In this document: one piece after another, positions 21,064 through 32,623 of the stretch
Layout of the letters: each line of letters starts with the position of its first letter
Numbering within the stretch: the first letter of the stretch is position 1
From: an uncultured Spirochaetota bacterium
Lineage (GTDB): Bacteria > Spirochaetota > Spirochaetia > SZUA-6 > CAVTHK01
Direction: 5' to 3'
Assembly: GCA_963734495.1 (NCBI GenBank)
Contig: CAVTHK010000003.1
Location: 288,001 to 352,000, forward strand
DNA length: 64,000 bases
The notes under the pieces: generated by a model
What the model was told of the DNA's origin: nothing
The model's input: the letters and a program-made list of their open reading frames with translations, nothing else
Database searches by the model: none
Position numbers and translations under genes: made by a program

Positions 21064-22953
21064 CTATCCCCCGTACATCCCGAGGATCCGGAAGTCGTCG
21101 GTCTCGCCCTTCAGCAGCTCGACGGCCTCGTCGAAGGACTCGCGGGCGGCGGGCATCTCGACGTCGACGTAGAACATGTACTGCCACGGCTTGCCGAGGA
21201 TCGGCCGCGACTCGAGCTTCTTCATGTTGATGCCGCGCTCGGCGAGGACCGACAGCACGCGGTAGAGGCAGCCGGGCCTGTCGGCGGTGTCGAACACGAG
21301 CGAGGCCATCGTGACGGGGGCGCCGCGGCCGGCGCCTTCGCGGGCGATGACGAAGAAGCGGGTGTAGTTGCGCGCGTTGGTCTCGATGCCTTCCTTGAGG
21401 ATGCTCATCCCGTAGACCGCGGCCGCTTCGGCGCTGGCGATCGCCGCGTTCTCCGGCCGCGCCTCGCGCGCGATCATGGCGACGGAGCCCGCGGTGTCGT
21501 AGTAGGGCACCCTCTCCCAGGCGGCGTACCGGTCGAGGAAGCGCGCGCACTGCGCGAGCCCCTGCGGGTGCGAATAGACGCGGCGCACGTCATCGATGCG
21601 CGCGCCGGGAAGGCCGATCAGGTTGTGCACGATGCGGATCTTGCGCTCGCCGACGATCTGGATGTCGGGGTACTCGAGCAGCAGGTCGTAGTTCTCGTGG
21701 ATCGAGCCCGCGAGGGAGTTCTCGATCGGGATGACGCCGTAGCGCGCCTCGCCGCTCAGCACCGCCTCGAAGACGCCGCGGAACTGCGGGCAGGGCAGGG
21801 GCTCGACCGGATCCTGGAACTCCATCTGGATCGCCTTTTCGCTGAACGCCCCCCGCTCCCCCTGGAAGGCCACCCTGGTCCCGGCCGCGGCCGCCTCCGG
21901 CCGCGGCGCCGCGGGCGCGGCTTCCTCCCTCCGCGGCAGCCGCGAGAGCTCCTTGCCGAGCACGGGCGCCATGGCCTCGATGTCGCGCATGAGCTTCTCG
22001 AACTGCTCGGGGTAGATGCTCTGCGGGCCGTCGGAGAGGGCGTGGTCCGGGTCGGGGTGCACCTCGACCATCACCCCGTCGGCGCCCGCGGCGATCGAGG
22101 CGAGCGCCATCGGCGAGACCTTGTCCCGCAGGCCGGTGCCGTGGCTCGGGTCCACGAAGATGGGCAGGTGGCTGAGCTTCTTGACGACCGGGATGGCGCT
22201 GAGGTCCAGCGTGAAGCGCGTGGCCGTCTCGAACGTGCGGATTCCGCGCTCGCACAGGATGACGTGGTCCGCACCGGCCGCGAGCAGGTACTCGGCGGAC
22301 ATCAGCAGGTCTTCGATCGTCGCGGCCAGGCCCCTCTTGAGCATCACGGCCTTGCCGAGCGCGCCGACGGTCCGCAGCAGGTCGAAGTTCTGCATGTTCC
22401 GCGCGCCGATCTGGAAGATGTCGACATAGTCGCGCATGGGCTCGGCCTGGACCGGGGACATGATCTCCGAGATGACAGGCATGCCTGTGGCCTCGCCCGC
22501 CTCTTTGAGATAACGGAGCGCCTCCTCGCCGAGCCCCTGGAACGCGTAAGGCGACGTTCGGGGCTTGAACGCGCCGCCTCGGAGGATCACCGCCCCCGAC
22601 TCCCGCACCGCGTGCGCGGTTTCCAGGAGCTGCTGCCGGCTCTCGATGGAGCACGGACCCGCGATGGCGGTGATGCGCGACCCGCCGATCTTGACGGGCC
22701 CCACGGGGAAGATCGTGTCCTCCTTCTTGAACTCGCGCGACGCGAACTTGTACGGCTTGGTGATCGGGATGACGCTGGCGACGCCGGGAAGCAGCTCGAC
22801 CTCGCGGAGGTCCATCGCCACGACCCCGACCGCGCCGAAGATGGTCTTTTCCTCGCCGACGATCTCCTTGACCCGGAAGCCGCGCGACTCGAGCGTCTCG
22901 CGGATCGCCTGCTTTTCCGGGTCCGTGATGCCCTGCCTGAGGACGATGACCAT
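21064..22953 (-). CDS. aroF-pheA: Type I-beta DAHP synthase fused to prephenate dehydratase + ACT
   Basis: IAGPCSIES, GGAFKPRTSPYAFQG, IGARNMQNF, VDPSHGTG; then VAFQGERGAFSE, PIENSLAGSI, SHPQGLAQC, NYTRFF and LESRP. Confidence 0.93.
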   Translation of the reverse strand: MVIVLRQGITDPEKQAIRETLESRGFRVKEIVGEEKTIFGAVGVVAMDLREVELLPGVASVIPITKPYKFASREFKKEDTIFPVGPVKIGGSRITAIAGPCSIESRQQLLETAHAVRESGAVILRGGAFKPRTSPYAFQGLGEEALRYLKEAGEATGMPVISEIMSPVQAEPMRDYVDIFQIGARNMQNFDLLRTVGALGKAVMLKRGLAATIEDLLMSAEYLLAAGADHVILCERGIRTFETATRFTLDLSAIPVVKKLSHLPIFVDPSHGTGLRDKVSPMALASIAAGADGVMVEVHPDPDHALSDGPQSIYPEQFEKLMRDIEAMAPVLGKELSRLPRREEAAPAAPRPEAAAAGTRVAFQGERGAFSEKAIQMEFQDPVEPLPCPQFRGVFEAVLSGEARYGVIPIENSLAGSIHENYDLLLEYPDIQIVGERKIRIVHNLIGLPGARIDDVRRVYSHPQGLAQCARFLDRYAAWERVPYYDTAGSVAMIAREARPENAAIASAEAAAVYGMSILKEGIETNARNYTRFFVIAREGAGRGAPVTMASLVFDTADRPGCLYRVLSVLAERGINMKKLESRPILGKPWQYMFYVDVEMPAARESFDEAVELLKGETDDFRILGMYGG

Positions 22954-22958
22954 GGCGA

Positions 22959-22988
22959 AGCCTAGGCAGTCCGCTCCGCCGTTGTCAA
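22959..22988 (-). promoter_or_regulatory. Sigma70-like promoter of a probably leaderless transcript
   Basis: TTGACA, 18 nt, TAGGCT, then 5 nt to ATG 22953; no Shine-Dalgarno sequence. Confidence 0.6.
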
Positions 22989-23101
22989 CACCGCGCGGCG
23001 CCCGACGGCCGCGTCGCCCGCGTCGCCCGCGGGCGCGGCGCAGCACGGCGCAGCGCGGCGCGGTTTCCCCGCGGCGCGAATTGCTGGTATAATCCATAAC
23101 A

Positions 23102-24298
23102 ATGAAAAAGAAGGTATTCGCGCTGCTGGAGGGCTGCGAAGGCGTCGATCGTTATCTCAGCGCCCTCGAGGGCGACGTGTACAATGTCGAGCGCATCGGC
23201 GCGGACAGCGCCGGGGTCGGCGCCCTGTCCGAGAGGGTGCACGCCCACGCTGCCGCCGAGGCGGCTCCCTTCATTTTTGTCGTGGACAAGAAGAGGTTCC
23301 GGCACGAGGAGTCCAGCCGGGAGATCTCCCTGGCCATGGCGGCCCACGGGATCGCCGTGGAGCCCGTCTTTCTCGTGGTCGCCAGGAATTTCTCCGTGGA
23401 AGAGATGGGCCGCATCCTCCGCCGCGGCAACCTGTTCGTTCTCCCCCGCACGTCCGGGAGCGCCGCGCGCCCGACGGGCTTTGCGCGCTTCAACGCCGCG
23501 CTCGAGAAGGTCTTTGTCGATTTCGAGCTGCAGAGCCGCCTCGCGCGCTACGTGGCCGACGACCTCCAGAGCTTCGCCCACAACGAGCAGCTGCGCTCCA
23601 CCAAGGAGGAGATCGAGCGGGTCAACCAGGAGCTGGCGCTCCAGAACCGCGTCGACGAGCTGACCAAGCTGCTCAACCGCAGGGGCATCATCGAGAGCAT
23701 GAGGATCGCCAAGGGGCGGGCCGGCCGCGAGCGCTGGCGCCTTGCCGCGAAGGCGGAGCTGGTCGACCCGCAGCGCGGGGTTCCCGCCGGCGAGATCAAC
23801 GAATTCTTCGGCCACCTCTCGTGCATGATGATCGACGTCGATCACTTCAAGCACGTCAACGACAGCTACGGGCATGTGGTCGGAGACGAGGTGCTGCGGT
23901 CGATCGGCAAGCTGTTCCACAGGAAGGGCATCTTCCGCGCGGAGGACATCTGCGGCCGCTACGGCGGCGAGGAGTTCACCGTGATCCTGCCCGCCACCAG
24001 CGCCGTCAACGCGTTCGTGCCCGCGGAGAAGTTCCGGGCGGAGCTCGCGCGGCTCAACTTTTCCTCGGAGCGCGGCGAGAAGTTCCGCGTGACCGCGAGC
24101 ATCGGCATCGCGGAGCTCAGCGACTCCGAGGAGACGATCGACGAGATCGTCAGCAAGGCCGACGCGGCGCTCTATCGGGCCAAGGAGAGCGGCCGCAACA
24201 AGACGGTCATCTACGACGAGGACAGCTTTACGCACGACGACGTGTTCCGCGCGTCCGAAAGGCGCGTCGAAGACATCGAGGAGATCGGCGGCGACTGA
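23102..24298 (+). CDS. Diguanylate cyclase (GGDEF domain)
   Basis: DELTKLLNRRG, MIDVDHFKHVNDSYGHVVGD, I-site RAED, RYGGEEF and ADAALYRAKESGRN. Confidence 0.92.
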   Translation: MKKKVFALLEGCEGVDRYLSALEGDVYNVERIGADSAGVGALSERVHAHAAAEAAPFIFVVDKKRFRHEESSREISLAMAAHGIAVEPVFLVVARNFSVEEMGRILRRGNLFVLPRTSGSAARPTGFARFNAALEKVFVDFELQSRLARYVADDLQSFAHNEQLRSTKEEIERVNQELALQNRVDELTKLLNRRGIIESMRIAKGRAGRERWRLAAKAELVDPQRGVPAGEINEFFGHLSCMMIDVDHFKHVNDSYGHVVGDEVLRSIGKLFHRKGIFRAEDICGRYGGEEFTVILPATSAVNAFVPAEKFRAELARLNFSSERGEKFRVTASIGIAELSDSEETIDEIVSKADAALYRAKESGRNKTVIYDEDSFTHDDVFRASERRVEDIEEIGGD

Positions 24299-24347
24299 CC
24301 GGCAGCCGCAGGCGCTGCGGCGCCGCGGCAGCCGCGGGTGCCGGGGA

Positions 24348-25151
24348 CTACTCCCCGGCGAGGGCACGCTCCGCGTACGCCACGCCGCGGCGGAAAATCG
24401 CCATCCCCCCCGCTTCGGCCACCGGCTCCCGCGTCCAGCGGGGGTGGTTCTCCGGGTGCTGGAACGCTTCCGGGTGGGGCATGAGCCCGAAGACGCGGCC
24501 GCTCGCGTCGCACAGGCCGGCAATGTCCCTCACCGAGCCGTTGGGGTTGTCCGGATAGCTCGCGGGCGCCTGCGCCCCGGGCTGCCGCGGCAGGTAGGTC
24601 GCGGCGATGCGGCCGCCTCGCTCGAGCGCTTCCAGGACCCGCGCTTCGGGCGCGATCAGCTTGCCCTCGCCGTGACGTACGGGCAGCTCGGTCGGGGGGA
24701 TCCCTTCGGTCCAGACGCACGCGGAGCGCGGAAAGCCCAGCCTGACCCAGCGGTCCTCGAACTTGCCCGAGTCATTGGCCACGAGCGAGACCTCGGGCTT
24801 TCCCGCCGCCGAGAGGTCGGGCAGGAGCCCCGCTTTCACGAGCACCTGGAACCCGTTGCAGATGCCGATCACGAGGCGGCCGCCGCGGATAAAGCGCTCC
24901 AGCGCCGGGCCGACGCGGCGGCGCAGCAGGACGGCGAGGACGCGGCCCGACCCCAGATGGTCGCCGAACGAGAAGCCGCCCGGGAGCGCGAGGATGTGAC
25001 AGTCGTCCAGCCGGAATACCCCGTCGACGAGGTCGCTCACGTGCACGCCCGCCGGCTCGGCTCCCGCCGCGCGGAACGCGTCGAGCAGCTCCTCGTCCGC
25101 GTTGATGCCCAGCCCCTGCAGCACGCAGACCCGCACCCGCCGGCCGCTCAT
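24348..25151 (-). CDS. purQ: FGAM synthase glutaminase subunit
   Basis: PGGFSFGDHLG, GICNGFQVLVK, HGEGK, YPDNPNGS and GLMPHPE. Confidence 0.94.
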   Translation of the reverse strand: MSGRRVRVCVLQGLGINADEELLDAFRAAGAEPAGVHVSDLVDGVFRLDDCHILALPGGFSFGDHLGSGRVLAVLLRRRVGPALERFIRGGRLVIGICNGFQVLVKAGLLPDLSAAGKPEVSLVANDSGKFEDRWVRLGFPRSACVWTEGIPPTELPVRHGEGKLIAPEARVLEALERGGRIAATYLPRQPGAQAPASYPDNPNGSVRDIAGLCDASGRVFGLMPHPEAFQHPENHPRWTREPVAEAGGMAIFRRGVAYAERALAGE

Positions 25152-28101
25152 GGCTGCCTCCCGCTCCATGCGCCGCGGACCGCCTCGAGCGTCAGCTCGA
25201 GCAGCGGACGAGCGCCTCGGCTCACGCGAAGGAGCGGCTCACCCAGCACCGAGCCCGCGCGGGCCATCTCGGCGCCGCGCATGCGCCGCTCGAAGGCGGC
25301 GCGGCTTGCGGGACGCACCGAGACCAGGAAGCGCGAAGGCGTCTCGCAGAACAACAGCCGGTCCGCCTCGGCGGCCGCGGGGCCTGCCCCGGCCGGGACC
25401 GCATCGGCGTCCAGCTCCGCTCCGAGCCCGCCTCCGATCGCGGATTCGCACAGCGCCACCGCGAGCCCGCCGTCGGAGAGATCGTGGCAGGACGCGACCA
25501 GCCCCTCGGCGATGGCGCGGTGCAGCGCGCGGTAGCCGGCCATCGCCGCCGCGGGCTCGACGGCCGGGGCCTCGCCCAGGGGCGCGCCCACGAGCCGCTC
25601 GTAAGCCGTGCCGCCGAGCTCGCCGCGCGTCGCTCCCACGACGTAAAGCGCGTCGCCGGCGGACTTGAAGTCCGTCGTCACGGCGCGGCTCACGTCCTCG
25701 ATGATGCCGACGAGCGAGACCAGCAGCGTGGGCCGGACCGAGATCTTGCGGCCGCCGGCGAAGGCGTCGTTCTTCATCGAGTCCTTGCCCGAGATCAGCG
25801 GAAGGCCGTACGCCACGCACGCCTCGGCGAGCCCGCGGCACGCGCGGACGAGCTGCGCGAGCTTGTGCGGCCCGTCCGGGTTGGTCGGCGAAGCGATCGG
25901 GTCCGGCCAGCAGAAGTTGTCGAGCGCCGCTGCCTGATCCGGGTCGCCGCCGCAGCGCCACGTGCGCGCGCAGGGCCTCGTCGACCGCGCACATCGCCAT
26001 CCGCAGCGTGTCGTGGTCGCCGTAGCGCGGGCAGATCCCGTGCGTGACCGTGATGCCCCGGCGGCCGGCGCGCCCGAGCCGCAGCACCGCGCCGTCGGAC
26101 GGGCCGTCCTCGCGCGCGCCGCAGAAGGGCTTGATCACCGAGCGGGCCTGGACCTCGTGATCGTACTGGCGCACCAGGTCCTCTTTGCTCGCGACGTTCG
26201 GGTCCGCGAGGAGGGCGAGCAGGTCCGCGCGGAGGTCGCGGCCCGAGCGGTCCGCTTCGCCGCGAGGCTGCGGGTCCCAGACCGCCTCGAGGCGCATCCG
26301 GGGCAGACCCTCGGCGAGAAAGGCGCACGAAAGGCGCGCTACGAGGCGGCCGTCGTGGAAGACTTCGACCAGCCCGGAGTCCGTGAACTGCGCCGACGAC
26401 CGTGGCCTCGACGCCGCGCCGGCGGGCGAGCGCGAGCAGCTCGCCGGCCTTTTCCGGCGCGACGGCGAGGCTCATGCGCTCCTGCGACTCGGAGAGCAGG
26501 ATCTCCCACGGGGCGAGCCCCGCGTACTTGAGCGGGCACTTGTCGAGCTCGATGCGCACGCCGCCCGGCTCCATCGCCATCTCGCCGAGGGACGACGAGA
26601 GGCCGCCCGCGCCGTTGTCGGTGAGCCCGCGGTACAGGCCGCGGTCGCGGGCCTCCATCAGCAGGTCGGTCATCCGCTTCTGGATGATGGGGTCGCCGAT
26701 CTGCACCGCCGAGGTCGGCGAGGTTTCGTCGAGCGCGAGCGATGAGAACGTCGCCCCGTGGATCCCGTCCTTGCCGATGCGGCCGCCCACCATCACCGCG
26801 AGGTCGCCGGGCTCGACGTGCTTGACCCAGCCCTCCTCGCCGTTGAGGCGCGCCGGGAGGATCCCGCCGGTGCCGCAGAAGACCAGGGGCTTCCCGAGGT
26901 AGCTCTCGTCGAACAGGAACGCGCCCGCCACGACGGGGATGCCCGACTGGTTGCCGCCGTCGACGATCCCGTGATGGACGCCCTCCAGCACCCGCGCGGG
27001 GGGCAGCAGAGCCGCCGGGACCCGGTCCGCCGGAGTCGCCGGGTCGGCGAAGCAGAGGACGTTCGTGTTGAAGATCGGCCGCGCGCCCATGCCCGTGCCG
27101 AGGATGTCGCGGTTGACGCCCACGATGCCGGTGATCGCCCCGCCGTAGGGGTCGAGCGCCGACGGGGAGTTGTGCGTCTCGACCTTGAACGCCAGCAGCG
27201 TCTCCTCGTCGACCTGGATCACGCCCGAGTTGTCGTGGAACACGCTCTTCAGAAAGGGCTTCGCGATCCGCTCCGTGGTGCTGCGGATGTACGTGCGGAA
27301 CAGGGAGTCCACGTGCTCGACGCGGTCCCCCTCCCGGTAGGCGATCGAGGCCGCGAAGATCTTGTGCTTGCAGTGCTCGCTCCACGTCTGGGCGATCATC
27401 TCGAGCTCGACGTCGGTGGCCTCGGCACCGATCCCCGCGGCGGTCCGTTCGCCGCGCCCGGACGCGACGTAGCCGCGGATCGCCCGCATCTCCTCCGTGG
27501 TCAGGGCGAGCAGCCTCCGCCGCGAGAGCGCCGCGAGCTCCTCGTCGCCCATCGCGGCGACGTCGAAGCGCTCGACCCAGGCGGGGCTCGCCGGGACGAC
27601 GTGCGGGTAGAGCGCGGGCGGCCGCTCGCCGCGCTCCCACCGCGCCCGGTCGAGGGCGAGCGCGCTCTGGATCAGGGGGTTGTGGAGGGCGGCGGCGAGA
27701 GCGGCCGCGCCGGCCGCGTCGAAGCTGCCGCCGAACAGGTACTGGCGCGCGGTCTGCACGACGGTTCCCGCCGGCAGCGGATGCCCGAGCACCGTTTCCA
27801 TGGCCTCGCGGGCGGTCAGGGCCACCGTGTCGGTCACGCCCGGTCGCGGCGTCACCTCGATGAGGCACTGCCACCGCGCATGTCGCCCCGCGAGCGGCTC
27901 GTCGATCAGGCCCTCTTCGGCGACCGGATCCGTAAAGGTCTCCTCGACCTGCGCCCGCGTGAGAGCGCACCCGTCGACCAGGTAGACGTCGACGAGCGTG
28001 AGGTCCTCGAGAGGGAGCCCGAGGCCGCGGCGGAGCCGGCCGAGCAGCCGCGCCGCGCGGCCGTCGGTCACGCCGGCGCGAAACGTCACCTCGATCCGCA
28101 C
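25148..28101 (-). CDS. purL: FGAM synthase synthetase subunit with N-terminal PurS-like domain (frameshifted about 25930-26400)
   Basis: QTWSEHCKHKIF, KVETHNSPSALDPYGGA, TDNGAGGLSSS, SESQERM, QYDHEVQ, SGKDSMKN and HDLSDGG. Confidence 0.94.
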
Positions 28102-28261
28102 GAACGCGAGACTACACGCCGCGCCCCGGAGGGGCAAGGGGCCGGCGCACCGGACGCCGCGCGAGTCTACGGCGCCGCGGCAGTCCGTTGGCGGTCAGGG
28201 CGGTCGGCGGGGGGCACTGGACACGCCGGATCGACATTGGCTACTTTGCTCTTCCATCGAT

Positions 28262-28771
28262 ATGTCTGAGCCAAGCTGCTTCCGTGCCGGGAATGTGCAC
28301 TCGATTGCCGCCACGGACAAATACGGGGCGATCGCCGAGCTGATCCGCAACGCGGGCGCCCTCGCCGAGGTCGAGGACCTCGGTCAGTTCGAAGAGTGCG
28401 TCATCACGCGCGAAAGGATCGCGGGCACGGGTCTCGGACGGGGCGTGGCCGTGGCTCACGGCAAGACGCCGCTCGTGGACCGTGTCATCGTGACGCTCGG
28501 GGTGTCGAAGGCCGGCATCGACTTCGGGGCGCCTGACGGGCTGCCCGTGCACCTGCTGTTTCTCGTGGCGAGCCCCCCGGACAAAAGCTCTGAATACCTC
28601 ATGGCGCTCTCGGCGATCGCCAGGCTCTGCAAGCTGCAGGAAGTCAAGGAGCGGGTCCTCGGCGCGCCGATCGCCGATGCCGGCCGCTACCTGGCGGATG
28701 TCTTCGCGAGGACCCTGCACAGCCGCTGCGAGCGGCTGGCGGGGAGCCTCGCCCTGAGCAGCCTCTTCTAG
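28262..28771 (+). CDS. PTS IIA (fructose/nitrogen-type) domain protein
   Basis: RERIAGTGLGRGVAVAHGK with the phospho-acceptor His; GIDFGAPDGLPVHLLFL. Confidence 0.88.
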   Translation: MSEPSCFRAGNVHSIAATDKYGAIAELIRNAGALAEVEDLGQFEECVITRERIAGTGLGRGVAVAHGKTPLVDRVIVTLGVSKAGIDFGAPDGLPVHLLFLVASPPDKSSEYLMALSAIARLCKLQEVKERVLGAPIADAGRYLADVFARTLHSRCERLAGSLALSSLF

Positions 28772-28900
28772 GAGCCTGGTCGACGTGCGGCTGACCGCCG
28801 TTCCCGCCGCTTCCGCGGGTCTGGGCACGGCGGACCGTGCCCGATCTAGATCTTCCTGGACTATAGAATAGAAGAAGGCGCCCTCCCGGGAAGGCAGGAC

Positions 28901-29890
28901 ATGCGGATCGACGCTTATGCGCACACAGGGGTGCCCCGGTTCGGCTCCGCCGAGCAGGGTCGGACGTTTCTGGAGTCCGCGGGCATCGACAAGATCGTGT
29001 TCGTGCTCGGGCCGGAGGTGCCGGACCTCGCGCAGATCCCGCTCGCGCACGAGGCCCTCGGCGAGCGCGTGCGCACCTTCGGCATCCCCTTCGGCCGCGA
29101 CGAAGCCCAGGTCGAGGAGATCGCGCGCGCGCAGATCCAGGCGGGAGTCCTCGGCTTCCGCCTCGAGCCGCGCCAGGTGCTGGCCTACCCGCGCGTGCTC
29201 ACCCTCATCGGCGAATCCGCCCGCTGGATCTACGCCACCAATCCCGCGCACTCGGAGCCCGTCTGCAGCGCACTGTCCGAATGGCTGGAGAGCTACCCGG
29301 AGGGCTTCGTCGGCGCGCCTCACTTTCTCATGCCACGGGTGCCGGACGGCGCCCGGCGCCGGGCCGTGGAGCGGCTCGCATCCCACCCGCGGTTCTTTGC
29401 GATCTTCTCGCGCCACGGCGGCGTGGGCAGCGCGATGCCCTATCCCCACGAGGACCTGAGGGACTGGGTGCGCTTCGTCCTCGACCTCTGCGGAAACGGG
29501 CGGGTGCTCTGGGGAAGCGAGTTCCCCGTCTTCACGTGGCGCGGCGAACGCATCGAGGAATGCCTGGCCTGGTACTCCGCGCTCATGCCGGAGACGGCCG
29601 CCGACGCGGTCGAGGGGTTCCTCGGCGGCAACGCTCAGCGGATCATCTTTTCCCGGCCCGCGCCGCCGCGCTCCCGGCCGGCTGCGCCCCCGTGGGTCGA
29701 GCGCCAGTTCGACCGCAACCGGACCGTGCCGCTGTTTCCCCGCGGCCTGGCCCTCCCGATGCCGGTCTACCGCGTCTACCTCGACCGCTACCTGGCCCGC
29801 GTGGCACGGGAGCCGAAGCTGCTGCTCGAGGATGTGTTCCGGGAAGCGCTGACGGAAGCGGCGAAAGACTCAGAAGCGGCGAAAGACTAG
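28901..29890 (+). CDS. Amidohydrolase_2-family metal-dependent hydrolase
   Basis: N-terminal RIDAYAH and RVLWGSEFP...FLGGNAQRI, a TIM-barrel pattern with degenerate metal ligands. Confidence 0.7.
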   Translation: MRIDAYAHTGVPRFGSAEQGRTFLESAGIDKIVFVLGPEVPDLAQIPLAHEALGERVRTFGIPFGRDEAQVEEIARAQIQAGVLGFRLEPRQVLAYPRVLTLIGESARWIYATNPAHSEPVCSALSEWLESYPEGFVGAPHFLMPRVPDGARRRAVERLASHPRFFAIFSRHGGVGSAMPYPHEDLRDWVRFVLDLCGNGRVLWGSEFPVFTWRGERIEECLAWYSALMPETAADAVEGFLGGNAQRIIFSRPAPPRSRPAAPPWVERQFDRNRTVPLFPRGLALPMPVYRVYLDRYLARVAREPKLLLEDVFREALTEAAKDSEAAKD

Positions 29891-30486
29891 CGGTCGCGCC
29901 TGCGCGGGAGCTTCCGCTGCGGGGCCTTTCCCCTGGCCTGCCGCTCCCGCTTGGAGCGGCACCGGGCGATGGCGTCCTCGCACTCCTTTACGCCTTCGGG
30001 ATCGGTCTCCTGGCGGTAGGAGGTCTCATAGGCACGCTCCGCCTCCTCGTAGAGCCCGCTCACTTCCAGGGAATAGCCGAGCTCGTACCATGCCTCGGGG
30101 TAGGGGCCCTGAAAGACGTCCTCCACCAGGTTGCGGAGCTCCCGGGTGGCCTCTTCGATCTTTCCCTGGTTGCGCAGGGCGCAGGCCAGGTTGAAGCGCG
30201 CGTCGGTGAACGCGGGGGCCAGCTCCACGGCCCTGCGCAGGAGCGCCACGGCCTCGTCCACGCGGCGGCCGGGGAGCCGGAAGGCGTAGATCCAGCCGAG
30301 ATGATTCAGCGCCTCGAGATGCGACGGGTCCGCGGACAGAACGGTCTCGAGCAGGTCGGCGGCCTGCCGGAAGCGGCCATCGCTCGCAAGCTGGTCCGCC
30401 TCGGCGAACGAGTTCTCGAGGAACGTCCGCTGCTGCGCGTCGTTGCGGATCAGGCGGAAACTTTTGTCCTTGTCGTCCTCGTCCAT
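29887..30486 (-). CDS. Tetratricopeptide repeat protein
   Basis: TPR-like repeats: EALNHLGWIY, DARFNLACAL and EAWYELGYSL. Confidence 0.8.
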   Translation of the reverse strand: MDEDDKDKSFRLIRNDAQQRTFLENSFAEADQLASDGRFRQAADLLETVLSADPSHLEALNHLGWIYAFRLPGRRVDEAVALLRRAVELAPAFTDARFNLACALRNQGKIEEATRELRNLVEDVFQGPYPEAWYELGYSLEVSGLYEEAERAYETSYRQETDPEGVKECEDAIARCRSKRERQARGKAPQRKLPRRRDR

Positions 30487-30674
30487 TTCCTGCTTCCAGC
30501 GCTCAATGTGCCTCGACCGCGTGCTCCGCAGCAAGCCCCGCGGCCAGTGTAGCGTTTTGCGGCCGCCGACGCGAGCCCCGGGAGCGGCCCCGGGCGGCGC
30601 CAGGAGGCGCCCGACCGGGCGACGTCGCCTGATCTCGTTTGATCGCGGGCGCCTTCTTTCCATATAGTTGTCTG

Positions 30675-31406
30675 GTGAGACTGCTTCGGATCGTCAGGGC
30701 GGCGGCCCTTGCCGGCGCGGCTGCCGCAGCCGCCGCGGCTCTCGCCGCCTGCGTCCGGGCGCCGGCCGTGGCGCGGGCCGCCGCGCCCGCCCCGCGGCCC
30801 GGGCGCGAGGTCGGGGTGCCGCCTTCGCTGGCCGCCGGCAGCCTCCTCGTCTCGCGGGCGGGGCTGCAGGACCCCAGCTTCGCCCAGTCCGTCGTGCTCC
30901 TGGTCGAGGCGGGCGAGGACGGCGCCTGGGGGCTGATTCTGAACCGGCCGACGGAGCTCGCGCTCGGCCGTGCCTTCCCCGACGTCGAGGCTTTCCGCGG
31001 GCAGGGCGGCGTGCTGCACTTCGGCGGCCCGGTCGACGCCCAGGCGCGTGCTCGCGCTCGTGCGCACGCAGGCCGAGCCGGATGAGTCGCGCCCCGTGCT
31101 CAAGGGCGTTCGGCTGTGCTGGAGCATGGACGTCATCGGCGGGCTCGCGCGCAACGGAGTCTCCTTTCGCGTGTTCGCCGGCTACGCCGGCTGGGGCGCC
31201 GGGCAGCTCGACGCCGAGCTCGCGCGCGGCGACTGGCACGTGATGAGCGCGAACGAGGCGCTCGTCTTCGACCAGGACGGCGCCGGGCTCTGGGAGCTCC
31301 TCAACCGCAAGTCGTCCACGCTCGTCGTCGAAGCCCCCCGAGTACGGGGGCAAGTGCCGGGGCCGACGACGCGGCCGCCGGCCCTCGGACCGCCCCGGGG
31401 ACGTAG
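30675..31406 (+). CDS. YqgE/AlgH (DUF179) family protein with signal-like N-terminus (frameshifted; end approximate)
   Basis: LQDPSFAQSVVLL...GAWGLILNRP...FGGPV and FAGYAGWGAGQLDAELARGDW. Confidence 0.85.
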
Positions 31407-31408
31407 CG

Positions 31409-32619
31409 GTGACGTTCGTCGGCTTCGGGCTCGGCGCGATCCAGACCGGGCTCTTCCTCTACGAGGCGCGGCGCTCGGGCGCCTTTGACCGGCTGGTGGT
31501 GGCCGAGATCGACAAGCCGCTGGTGCGCGCGGTGCGCGCGAGCGGGAGCGTGTCGGTGAACGTGGCGTGGAGCGACGGCGTCGAGCGCGCCCGCATCGAG
31601 GGCGTGGAGCTGCTCGACCCGAACGAGGCCGCAGACCGCGCCGCGCTGGTCCGCGCGGCAGCCGAGGCGCACGAGCTGGCCACCGCCGTGCCGAGCGTGG
31701 CCGCCTATGGCCGCGGAGGCGAATCCTCGCCTGCCCGCGTGCTCGCTGAGGCGCTTGGCGCCGCCGCCGGCGGACAACGCGTCCTCTACGCGGCAGAGAA
31801 CCACAACCGCGCCGCGGAGATCCTGTCGTCCGCCGTCGGCCCGGCGGCGGCGATCGCCCGGGTTCCAGGCGCTGAACACCGTGATCGGCAAGATGAGCGG
31901 GGTGATCGCGGACCCCGCCGAGATCGAGGAGTCGCGCCTCGCGCCGCTCGCGCCCGGGATCGGCCGCGCGGCGCTCGTCGAGGAGTTCAACCGCATCCTC
32001 GTGAGCCGCGTGACGCTGGCGGGCTTCCGCCGCGGGCTCACGGTCTTCGAGGAGAAAGACGACCTGCTGCCGTTTGAAGAGGCGAAGCTCTTCGGCCACA
32101 ATGCCATCCACTGCCTGCTCGGGTTCCTCGCCCGGCGGCGCGGGTACTCCCTGATGAGCCAGGCGGCCGGCGACGGCGAGCTGATGGGGTTCGCGAGGGA
32201 AGCCTTCATTCTAGAATCCGGGGCCGGGCTTCTCGCGAAGCACCGCGGGGTAGGGCGACCCGCTCTTCGCGGAGGCGGGCTTCGAGGCGTACGCCGACGA
32301 CCTGCTCGCCCGCATGGGCAACCCGTGGCTGCGCGACACGGTCGAGCGCGTCTGCCGCGACCCGGAGCGGAAGCTGGGCTACGGGGACCGGCTGTTCGGC
32401 GCGATGCGCCTCGCGCTCGCTGCCGGCGTCCGGCCCGTGAGGATCGCGGCCGCGGCGAGGGCGGCGATCGAGCACCTCGCGCCCGGGCCGCTCGACGCGG
32501 CGGCGATCCGTGGTATCCTCGAGTCGATCTGGAGCCGCGGGCCGGCGGAGGCCGACGGCCTCGCGGAGGAGTGCGTCCGCCTCGTGGCCGAGGCGCGGCC
32601 GATGGGGCGCGGGAGGTGA
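31409..32619 (+). CDS. Mannitol-1-phosphate/altronate dehydrogenase-like protein (frameshifted)
   Basis: FVGFGLGAIQTG Rossmann start, AAENH, FEEAKLFGHNAIH and NPWLRDTVERVCRDPERKLG..DRL (MtlD-like C-terminus). Confidence 0.72.
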
Positions 32620-32623
32620 GGCG

